Shown here piece after piece: positions 18,898-27,271 of a stretch of 64,000 nt of DNA. The first letter of the stretch is position 1. Every line of letters begins with the position of its first letter. Both the position numbers and the translations under genes were made by a program. The notes beneath the pieces were generated by a model that saw only the letters and a list, made by a program, of their open reading frames with translations, did no database searches and was not told the DNA's origin. Source of the DNA: Candidatus Doudnabacteria bacterium (lineage in GTDB: Bacteria; Patescibacteriota; JAQUNI01); the NCBI GenBank assembly GCA_041644975.1, contig JBAZQX010000002.1, positions 84,603 through 148,602 on the forward strand. The letters run 5' to 3'.

Positions 18898-21339
18898 ATG
18901 TTACCAAAAGGATTAAGTGAAAAACAAGTTCTAAGGCGCAGAGAGAAATTTGGCGAGAATTTGATTCTATCTAAAGAGAAAACCACTTGGTTTTCAATTT
19001 TATTGTCTCAACTTAAGAGCCCCTTAATTTATATTTTAATTGTTATCGGGTTTATTTCCCTATTTTTTCAAGAATACTTTGATCTGATTTTAATTTGGTC
19101 CGTGATCGTCCTTAATACCCTGATGGGTTTTTTCCAAGAATACCATGTTAAAAAAACCCTCGCTGCTCTTAGAAAACTTTTGAAGCCCAAAGCGCTAGTT
19201 GTTCGAGAAGGCAGAAGGAAGGAGATTGAAGCAAGAGAATTAGTGCCGGGCGATTTGGTTATTTTAAATTCTGGTGATAAAGTTCCGGCTGACGGAGAAA
19301 TAATTGAAGGAGTAAATTTGTTAATCAATGAAGCAATTTTAACCGGCGAAGAGGAGGCGGTGGCGAAAACAACAAAGGAAGAAAACAATTTTGTTTTTAT
19401 GGGCACGATGGCGATTTCCGGCAGGGGAATCATGAAGGTTTTAAACATCGGGAAAGAAACAGCAATTGGAAAGATTGAGCAAAAGTTAGCCGACATAAAA
19501 GAAAGGAAAACGCCGATTCAGTTAAAACTTGACGAATTTTCAAAAAGTTTAGGGAAGATTATTTTAATCGTTTGCGCAATTGTTTTTTTAGTAGGATTGT
19601 TCTACCGAGTAGATGCTTGGGAAATGTTTAAGTTCGCCGTTATTCTAGCGGTGGCGGCAATACCCGAGGGTTTGCCGATAGCGATAACCGTGATTTTAGC
19701 CCTCGGGGTGAGGAGAGTATTAAAAAGAAACGGGCTAGTTAAAAGGTTAATTTCAGTTGAGACCCTAGGTTCAACCTCGGTTATTTGCACCGATAAAACC
19801 GGAACCCTGACAGAAGGGAAAATGAAAGTCGTAAAAACAGATTTTTTAGATAAGGGAAAAACATTACTTGCTTTAACCTTGAATAATGAACAAAGGAGCG
19901 GTTTGGAGGCTGCCATTTGGGATTATATAAAAAAAGAAAAGAGATTTAACCCCCAAGATATTTTTGATAAAACGGAAAGGGTTTATGAGGAACCATTTGA
20001 TAGCGAAAAGAAATATTCGATGACTATAAATAAAGTTGAGAATAAGGAAATTGCCTTTTTGAAAGGGGCTCCAGAAGTTATTCTCTTATTCTGCCAGATT
20101 TTTGACGAAGAGAAAAATAAAATTTTGGGAGAAATTGAAAAATGGGCGGACGAGGGATTAAGAATCTTGGGGGTAGCTTTTAAAGAGAAAGGAAATTTAA
20201 AGGAGAAGAAAGAATTTTCTTGGCTTGGCTTAGTCGGTATTATTGATCCGATCAGAAAAGATGTGAAAGAGGCAATTTTGAGCGCTCAAAAAGCTGGGAT
20301 AGAAATTAAAATAGTGACCGGCGACTATCGCAAAACAGCCGAAAGGTTAGCAGCCAATCTCGGATTTAAACTCGCGCCAAAAAATATTTTAGAGGGTCAG
20401 ATGTTAGAAACTATTTCAGAGGAAGAACTCGAAAAGAAAATAGACGACATCGTTATATTCAGCAGGGTTGCCCCCCATCAAAAACAGAAAATAGTAAAAG
20501 TGCTTCAGGAAAAAGGAGAGATAGTGGCGATGACCGGAGATGGCGTAAATGATGTCCTTGCTTTAAAAAAAGCCGATATTGGCGTCGCGGTAGGGAGCGC
20601 TTCCGAGGTAGCCAAGGAAGCCGGAGATTTAATTTTACTGGACAATAATTTCAAGACAATTGTCGCGGCCGTGGAGGAAGGCAGATTAATTTTTTCAAAC
20701 ATTAAAAAAGTCGTGGGTTATGTTCTTTCTAATTCTTTTGTTGAGATTTTTTTGATTTTCGGATCCATAATTTTAAATTTACCCTATCCTATTACAATAG
20801 TTCAAATTTTGTGGCTGCACCTTGTTTGCGACGGACCACCTGATATTATATTGGGCTTTGAGCCTAAAGAAAAAGATCTTATGAAAGAAAGACCGGAAAA
20901 TCTTCGGAAAGAAAGCATTCTCTCTAACGCAATGAAATTTTTAATCTTCGGAATCAGTTTTATTATCGGACTCCTTTGTTTATTTCTCTTCTGGTATATT
21001 CTAAAAAAAACAGGGGATCTAATTTTTGCTCGCACCCTTATTTTTACAACAGTCGCCGTAGTTGATTTAATTTATATTTTCTCTTTTAAGAATTTGAAAA
21101 AACCTATCTTCAAAACTGAGAATTTTTTCAAAAATAAACTCCTATTTTTAGGTGTGCTTTATGGACTTTCGCTTACTTTCGCCGCCATTTATTTGCCTGT
21201 TTTGAACCGAATTTTAGGCACAGAGCCTCTTAAACCAGTTCACTGGTTATTAGTTTTAAGCGTTGCTTTAATTGCCACCCTTTGGGCTGAATTAGTTAAA
21301 ATTATATATAATCGAAAATACAGGCTTAATAATAATTAG
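18898..21339 (+). CDS. Cation-transporting P-type ATPase (P2-type, Ca2+-ATPase-like)
   Basis: LVPGD, TGE, IPEGL, DKTGTLT, KGAPE, TGD, TGDGVND. Confidence 0.95.
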   Translation: MLPKGLSEKQVLRRREKFGENLILSKEKTTWFSILLSQLKSPLIYILIVIGFISLFFQEYFDLILIWSVIVLNTLMGFFQEYHVKKTLAALRKLLKPKALVVREGRRKEIEARELVPGDLVILNSGDKVPADGEIIEGVNLLINEAILTGEEEAVAKTTKEENNFVFMGTMAISGRGIMKVLNIGKETAIGKIEQKLADIKERKTPIQLKLDEFSKSLGKIILIVCAIVFLVGLFYRVDAWEMFKFAVILAVAAIPEGLPIAITVILALGVRRVLKRNGLVKRLISVETLGSTSVICTDKTGTLTEGKMKVVKTDFLDKGKTLLALTLNNEQRSGLEAAIWDYIKKEKRFNPQDIFDKTERVYEEPFDSEKKYSMTINKVENKEIAFLKGAPEVILLFCQIFDEEKNKILGEIEKWADEGLRILGVAFKEKGNLKEKKEFSWLGLVGIIDPIRKDVKEAILSAQKAGIEIKIVTGDYRKTAERLAANLGFKLAPKNILEGQMLETISEEELEKKIDDIVIFSRVAPHQKQKIVKVLQEKGEIVAMTGDGVNDVLALKKADIGVAVGSASEVAKEAGDLILLDNNFKTIVAAVEEGRLIFSNIKKVVGYVLSNSFVEIFLIFGSIILNLPYPITIVQILWLHLVCDGPPDIILGFEPKEKDLMKERPENLRKESILSNAMKFLIFGISFIIGLLCLFLFWYILKKTGDLIFARTLIFTTVAVVDLIYIFSFKNLKKPIFKTENFFKNKLLFLGVLYGLSLTFAAIYLPVLNRILGTEPLKPVHWLLVLSVALIATLWAELVKIIYNRKYRLNNN

Positions 21340-21425
21340 CAGATATAAAGCTAAAATTCCATTTTTGCCTCTTTTTTATTTAAGTCCTCACAGGAGTTAT
21401 CCTTCAATTACTATAAAGAGGAGGA

Positions 21426-21540
21426 GGGGTCAGGTCTAAAAAACTTGACCTTTTTTGATTTTAGATTATAAAATCGCTAAAAGGGCGATTTTTTGGTAGA
21501 ATAGAAAAAGGAGTATTTATTTAAAATAAAAAACAAATAC
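21426..21540 (+). repeat. Spacer repeat (E directly followed by D and leader)
   Basis: GGGGTCAGGTCT..ACTTGACC; AAATCGCTAAAAGGGCGATTTTTTGGTAGAAT; leader similar to 16371-16436. Confidence 0.85.
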
Positions 21541-22707
21541 ATGCATTTGAAAAATGTCAATTTAAAATACCTTTTTATTGTTGTGCTTTTGGCGGTCTTG
21601 GTGGGGGCGGGAATATTCATTTATTCATGGAAGATTTCCAAAGAATCCTCTTCTTTTGATGCCAGGACCCCCGGAGAATCGAAACAAGATCAAGCCAAGG
21701 GGCAAGAATTACAATGGGCTTGCGGCAGCTTGCATACCCATATAATGATTTTTGAAGATGAGAGGCAGAACACAGAAAGTTTGGAAGAAGTTATCGCCGC
21801 GTCAGAAAAATTGGGTTTCAAATTTATAATGCTGTCTGAAAAAGGCCCCTCTTATAGCAAAGACTCCCCCAATTGGAAAAATATGATTAGAGATTGCGAC
21901 AAAAATAACACTAATGATTTTGTCTGTCTTTCAGGTCAAGAAAACTGTACTTTGGAAGAAGCGCCCAAAAAGCCGAGAGGACATTTCGTCATTATAGAAA
22001 ATAAAGATTACATCCCTGAAATTTTAGATGTGCCTGAAGTTCTTGGAGAAGCCCACAAGCAGGGAAGCGTAGTGATTATAGCCCATCCCTTTTACAAAGA
22101 GGATATTTCGGATATGTATAACTATAATAGGTGGGATATCTTGGATTGGGAGGCAATGGAAGTGATAGATGGAGTAATTGACCAAGAATCCAATGAAAAA
22201 GCGCTTAAAAAGATTTATGAGTTTTGGAATAAGGGCATTAAAAAATCTTTGACTGGCGGCGCTGATTTTAAAAATCATAAGGCGTATACCAACACCCTTT
22301 TAGATCCAAAAGAAGTAGAAGACAAATTAAAGACAGGATATACCTGTTTGTATTTAAACGCACTTAATAGAGAGGCAATTATTAAGGCAATTAAAAACGG
22401 CAATGGCTATGCTTCCTCTGGCGTGCAGATCAACGATTTCACGGTTAACGGAGCGCGGATGGGCGAGACTGTCTTAGTTCCCCCAAACGGGTCTTTATCT
22501 ATAAAAATAGATGCTAAGGCAGGGTCAAAGATAAAAAAGGTTGTGCTGATTGAAAACGGTAATGTCTCGAAGGTATTCCAACCTACTGCGCCAGAGTTTG
22601 TTAAAGATTTTTCTCTTCCTGTGCGAGAATCAGGCTGGTACAATCTTGAAGTTTATGCTGAAGATGGCAGGGCTTTTACTAACGCCATTTGGGTAGAAGT
22701 GAGATGA
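21541..22707 (+). CDS. Membrane-anchored PHP-family (CehA/McbA-like) metallohydrolase
   Basis: GSLHTH, GH, IIAHP, EV, GGADF, AIKNG..YAS.G, AFTNAIW. Confidence 0.75.
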   Translation: MHLKNVNLKYLFIVVLLAVLVGAGIFIYSWKISKESSSFDARTPGESKQDQAKGQELQWACGSLHTHIMIFEDERQNTESLEEVIAASEKLGFKFIMLSEKGPSYSKDSPNWKNMIRDCDKNNTNDFVCLSGQENCTLEEAPKKPRGHFVIIENKDYIPEILDVPEVLGEAHKQGSVVIIAHPFYKEDISDMYNYNRWDILDWEAMEVIDGVIDQESNEKALKKIYEFWNKGIKKSLTGGADFKNHKAYTNTLLDPKEVEDKLKTGYTCLYLNALNREAIIKAIKNGNGYASSGVQINDFTVNGARMGETVLVPPNGSLSIKIDAKAGSKIKKVVLIENGNVSKVFQPTAPEFVKDFSLPVRESGWYNLEVYAEDGRAFTNAIWVEVR

Positions 22708-22810
22708 TCTTTGGAAACCACGTGCCGTTTCTAGAATACCCCGATTCTTGAGCGGAGGCATATTCATTTAATCGAAAATCCAAACCAAAATTATTAACTA
22801 AAATAAACTT

Positions 22811-23485
22811 ATGCCAAAAATTAAAAGTATTGCTTTGCTTTCGCTTATGGGTTTGGTTGTTCTTTGGGGATCGGGATGCGATTGTTGGTATGGAGAAGAA
22901 GAGGAGAGGTCCTCATTTCAACCCCCAAGCGCGGAAGAAGACCAGCCCTTAGGTAATGAAGCAGGTCCTTATTATTTAACTGAATCCAATACAGTTTCGG
23001 TCACCACTGATGAATATCATATCACCGGCGGTCCCAATGATTGGACTTATAAATCTGGCGAGTGGACGAGCAACAAAAGAGAGACCTATGGTTCGCTGGT
23101 GAAATTTGAAATCCCCGAGGTCAAAGATTTTAGCAAGGGCACTCTCCATTTGCGGGTGCAGGAGTATACGAATAAAGAGAGGGGGGACAAAAAGTGTGAT
23201 TTTACTAAAAAATTCTATATTAAGAAAGTAACCGAATCTTGGGATCCAAAAACTGCGGATTGGAACACTATTGCTTCTCTGCAGAAAAGCGGGGAAGTCG
23301 TTGCTACTTTTGAGGTCAAGCCGGAAGATCAAGAGATTAAAGTGGAAGTCCCCTTGAAAGAACTAATGCAAGGGTATGGGTTTACAATTGACGAGGTGGA
23401 TGAGACTTTCTGCCGCGTTTCCTTTTATTCCCAGAATCTTAACAACACCCAAGATCATTGGCCTTATGTGACCGTTGTCTGGTAG
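22811..23485 (+). CDS. Lipoprotein with DNRLRE-like domain
   Basis: Lipobox-like SGC; LVKFEI, VTESWD..TADWN, YGF, FYS...PYVTV. Confidence 0.6.
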   Translation: MPKIKSIALLSLMGLVVLWGSGCDCWYGEEEERSSFQPPSAEEDQPLGNEAGPYYLTESNTVSVTTDEYHITGGPNDWTYKSGEWTSNKRETYGSLVKFEIPEVKDFSKGTLHLRVQEYTNKERGDKKCDFTKKFYIKKVTESWDPKTADWNTIASLQKSGEVVATFEVKPEDQEIKVEVPLKELMQGYGFTIDEVDETFCRVSFYSQNLNNTQDHWPYVTVVW

Positions 23486-23682
23486 TAAGGGGGAGTATAT
23501 TTTTAAACAGACGTGGGAGATAATATATTTACTGTCGTTTTTTTGATTCTAAATTTTAAAGCAAACTCTTGACTAAAATAGATAAATGATTTATAGTTTA
23601 TAACCTGAATTTGGTTTATTTTGGTTCCTTGTAAACAGCGTCTTTGGATTTTCTCTCTGGCAGACAGAGGAAAGGATTAGAA

Positions 23683-24090
23683 ATGCAGATAATAGTTTTG
23701 GTAATTATAGGGTTTCTCATTATTGTTGTGCTTTTTCGGAGAAGTCCGCGGTGGAGGTTTAGAAAGACGTTTGGTCATGATCCTTATGACGACCCACAGG
23801 GAGTGAGAAGCGCAGTCTGGTTGCGTGTGTTCTTTGTCTCTGACGGAATCTCAAGGTTTCAACGGGATAGGGAAGAATCAGAAAGGAAGATTCGAGCCAC
23901 AGATGATCTCGATGAAAAGTATTATGAGGGCAAAGCACTGGAATATTATTGTGCGATGCTCAAAAGCCTTAATGCTGAAATGTCCCATATACAGAGATTA
24001 GCTACAAAATTCTGTTACGGGTTCGTGAGTCGGGAAGCGGCAAAGCTGACCTATAAAGATTTATACGTCGTTCAAAATGCCACATCCTAA
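23683..24090 (+). CDS. Membrane-anchored hypothetical protein
   Basis: ATG after AAGGA; N-terminal TM, helical tail. Confidence 0.6.
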   Translation: MQIIVLVIIGFLIIVVLFRRSPRWRFRKTFGHDPYDDPQGVRSAVWLRVFFVSDGISRFQRDREESERKIRATDDLDEKYYEGKALEYYCAMLKSLNAEMSHIQRLATKFCYGFVSREAAKLTYKDLYVVQNATS

Positions 24091-24117
24091 ACAGGAAGAA
24101 GGTTGCAAAAAGGAGAT

Positions 24118-24267
24118 ATGATGATGAAAATTTTAATACTTCTGGTCTTAGCATTTTGTCTGTTTGTTCTGCTTAGTAAACCCAAAACCAAGCTCTTCAG
24201 ATATAAGTATCAAATTCATCCTTGGGATGCTTGGCGGTTTTTTAAGGTTGAGGCAGTAAATCAGTAA
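24118..24267 (+). CDS. Small membrane peptide (49 aa), possible truncated paralog of 23683
   Basis: AGGAG SD; MMMKILILLVLAFCLFVLLSKPKTKLFRYKYQIHPWD; not in the ORF track. Confidence 0.4.
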   Translation: MMMKILILLVLAFCLFVLLSKPKTKLFRYKYQIHPWDAWRFFKVEAVNQ

Positions 24268-24406
24268 AAGGCGGACGAGATAGGGAAGAGGCGCTTTAGT
24301 TATATAGTTGCACTTGGCGGCACGGTAATGACTGTATTTTATCGTGCTTAAGCGGTACATTAAAATCTTTGAGTAATGTCATACACTACTCTTTTTTATT
24401 TCTATA

Positions 24407-24624
24407 CCTTGAATTATGAAATTCATTTTGTCATTACGAGGAGGGCTCTTAGTCAGATCCCTCGCTTCCGCTCGGGACAGGCTCCGCAATCTCATTAAGC
24501 GATATTTATGCCTAATTTAGGAGATTGCCTGCCCGCCATCGCTTCGCTTCAGGCGAGGCGGGCGGGCTTCGGTCGGCATCAGATGCCTCCCTCGCTAATA
24601 GACGATACATTTCGTAATCCAAGG
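24407..24624. mobile_element. MITE-like element with terminal inverted repeats and 7-bp target duplication
   Basis: CCTTGAATTATGAAAT / ATTTCGTAATCCAAGG flanked by TTCTATA (24400-24406, 24625-24631); inner GTCATTACGAG..GCAATCTC..GAGATTGC..CTCGCTAATAGAC. Confidence 0.75.
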
Positions 24625-24859
24625 TTCTATATTCTAACAAAATAGGTTCTAATATTATCTATCCAGGGGAGTCCATATTGAAAAATGGCTTGAATAAGCC
24701 TTTTTTTAATGAGACTTGCATAACATACAATTCTATGCTTTAATTTAGAGATTATTTTTGATGTGTTCTTTAATCAAATCTCAAGATCATTTTCGTTTGT
24801 ATCGGAGGATATAGATCTGATAAAAAATAATTCACAATGAAAAACAGGAGGTTTTAGAG

Positions 24860-25462
24860 ATGTGCCGCAGTGTTGTGATAACCTTTTTGGAGAATTATGA
24901 GAGTCTAATGCATGTTGATTCTGCTTTTAGAAAGTTAGTAGTACTTTTCCACAGAATACCGTTCTGCGCCACTTTCGGCGTAAGCTGCGCTGGAGATTTT
25001 GAGGAGACTGATGATACTGACAAATGGTATCCAAACAGCTTTGATCCTTCGCCATGGGGAAGTTTAGACATTATTATTTTACCCACTATCCCTCATATTC
25101 AGGAACTTCTGGATGTCCTTCGTAAAACTATCGGCAATTATTCCGATACCTCGTTTAAGAAAATAGATCATCCCTTTGGTCCGCCAGAGGATAGCTGTTT
25201 AGAAATATGGGAGATAAGAATTGGAGATAATGGTTGTTTGGCTAGCCTTAAGGAAGAGTATTGCGGCGGTTTTTTGTCAATTAAGGAGTATCAGATAGCT
25301 TATGAAGAATCAAAAAAAAGATGCAAAGAAATAAGGTTGTTTTGGCGAGGCCTTGAAATGGAGGTTGCTGATTTTTGCCGAAGGCACGTATTCGAAAGAT
25401 TTGGTTTAAAAAAGCGAATTGAAGAACTTGTGGGTGTTTGGAAAGAGGATTTAAAAAAATAA
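24860..25462 (+). CDS. Hypothetical protein
   Basis: AGGAGG SD, 200-aa ORF, T..SCAG motif. Confidence 0.6.
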   Translation: MCRSVVITFLENYESLMHVDSAFRKLVVLFHRIPFCATFGVSCAGDFEETDDTDKWYPNSFDPSPWGSLDIIILPTIPHIQELLDVLRKTIGNYSDTSFKKIDHPFGPPEDSCLEIWEIRIGDNGCLASLKEEYCGGFLSIKEYQIAYEESKKRCKEIRLFWRGLEMEVADFCRRHVFERFGLKKRIEELVGVWKEDLKK

Positions 25463-25653
25463 AGGTCTATTGTGCTTGAAATGGAGGGAGGGTATCAATG
25501 TCAGAACTTAAACGGCAAGATTTAGTTATATATTGGGCGGCACCTTGTTTTAGGTCCGTTGGCGCATTATCTTAATTATGCTCAAACGGGCTTTTTTATT
25601 TTCAACTTGAGAAAAGTGTCAAAGCAGAGTAAGATTAAAAAAGAGATAAAATT

Positions 25654-26382
25654 ATGCGCAAAAAACCAATTGCCATTACCACAATTTCTTTAAACAGAAC
25701 CCCCGAAGAAGGAGAAACAGTTTTAGAGACAGTTAAAATTCTGAATAGTCTTGGTATCCCCATAATAATAGCAGATGGCGGTTCCCCAATAAAACAAAAG
25801 AAAATAATGAAATCATTTTCCAATGTTACTTTTTTGGAAGCAGAAGGACTGACTAATGAAATAAAAACTACTTTTCGAAGGGGCGCGGCAATGGCTGACT
25901 CTCTTTTCTATCTTCATCTGGATAAATTGGATTTTGTCAGGAAATATGTTCCGAAATTGATTCAATACTACCTCGCTCGCAAAGATAAAAAGATGATCGT
26001 TGCCGCGCGGACTAAAAAGTCCTTCCAAACTTATCCTCCCTACCAAAGGAAAGTGGAGGAATATTTGAATTATGTTCTCGGAGACTATTGCGGTTCAAGG
26101 TCGGATTATTATTATGGTCCGAAGATTTTTTCCTCAATGCTTGTCCCGTATCTTAAAGCGCTCAAAGGGGATGTAGGCTGGGGCATTGAAGCCTATTTTT
26201 ATGTTTTAAATCACAGGCTCTCTCTGCCTATGGAATTCTATCCCGTGGAAATTACCGCCCCTGCCGAGGTGCTTGCAGACGAGCTAGAATTCAAACAATA
26301 CCGTTTGAAAGGTCTTTTGCAACAGGTAGAAGGTTTTTTGCAGGGGCAGAAAGTAGAAGTCGCAGGGCAATTCCCATCTTAA
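25654..26382 (+). CDS. Hypothetical protein, possible GT-A-like fold
   Basis: IIIADGGS followed by an LFY..LDK segment. Confidence 0.5.
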   Translation: MRKKPIAITTISLNRTPEEGETVLETVKILNSLGIPIIIADGGSPIKQKKIMKSFSNVTFLEAEGLTNEIKTTFRRGAAMADSLFYLHLDKLDFVRKYVPKLIQYYLARKDKKMIVAARTKKSFQTYPPYQRKVEEYLNYVLGDYCGSRSDYYYGPKIFSSMLVPYLKALKGDVGWGIEAYFYVLNHRLSLPMEFYPVEITAPAEVLADELEFKQYRLKGLLQQVEGFLQGQKVEVAGQFPS

Positions 26383-26555
26383 AAAGATAGCTTATTTAAC
26401 AGCCTATATTGAAAATGGTTCCTATTGTGTTATTTTTCAATGGCAAAATTTTAAAGAGCATTGTCCGGGAATACTGTAATTTTTGGCGGTTTTATATTAT
26501 AATATTAATGAAAGGCAATAAGATAAATTAAATAAAAAATAAAGAGGAGGTGAGA

Positions 26556-27032
26556 ATGAAAAAGTATATTTACATCTTGGTTATTCTAGTTGTGATCGTG
26601 GCGGGTTTGGGAGCTTATTTTTTGTGGAAGCGGTCAAACGCGCCGCAGGCCGCACCTTCTTCAGGCGATGTTGGTCCGCAGAGCGTTTCGCAGGTGCTGT
26701 CGGAAGTGGAAAAGATCTCCGGGTTACCCAGCGCAAAGTCAGTAAAAGTGAAACAGGATTTTGGCAGCACAGAGAATTTGCTGGACGCTCAAGGCTTTAC
26801 CTTTACAGCAAAGTTGGGCGCGCCGGAAATTCAGCAGAAAGTGGACTCTATAGATGAGCGGCTTAAAGATCGAGGTTTTACGGCGCAAGAATTCAAGCAA
26901 CCCGAATCGGACAGTGTGGGCAATCGGTTTATAAAATACAAAAAAGGCTCCACGGAGTGCGTTTTGGAAAAAACAGACATTGAAAGCCAAGACACAAGCG
27001 AAGTCTCTTTCGGTTGTCGTGAGTTAAAGTGA
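26556..27032 (+). CDS. Membrane-anchored hypothetical protein
   Basis: GAGGAGG SD; N-terminal TM. Confidence 0.75.
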   Translation: MKKYIYILVILVVIVAGLGAYFLWKRSNAPQAAPSSGDVGPQSVSQVLSEVEKISGLPSAKSVKVKQDFGSTENLLDAQGFTFTAKLGAPEIQQKVDSIDERLKDRGFTAQEFKQPESDSVGNRFIKYKKGSTECVLEKTDIESQDTSEVSFGCRELK

Positions 27033-27271
27033 AGCTCTGCGGGTCTAGAGGGAAGGCGAAGCCGCATAAAAAACAGACGCGCAATGCAATTCTAGAGAGG
27101 TAAAACTTGAGAGATTTTTGTTCAAAAAAAAATCAAAACAAAAAATATGAGGATGGAATATAGTTATTATTCTATATTTTGCCCGGGCTAATCTTGGGTG
27201 CTTTTTTTAACCAACAGACAACAAGCAAAGCAGTGATTTTGCCACTTAAATAAATTCGGCAGAGTCAAGAT

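Noticed and set aside
18723-18986. Minus-strand ORF crossing the spacer (..PATSLASDVARYSRY..)
   Set aside because: It overlaps the ATPase start antisense, and other spacer copies carry frame-breaking indels.
18898-21339. Inactive P-type ATPase because of TGEE instead of TGES
   Set aside because: The catalytic TGE, DKTGT and GDGxND motifs are intact.
1686-21540. Classical integron or CALIN with attC sites
   Set aside because: No tyrosine recombinase in the window, and the repeats lack recognisable RYYYAAC...GTTRRRY ends; an IntegronFinder run would confirm.
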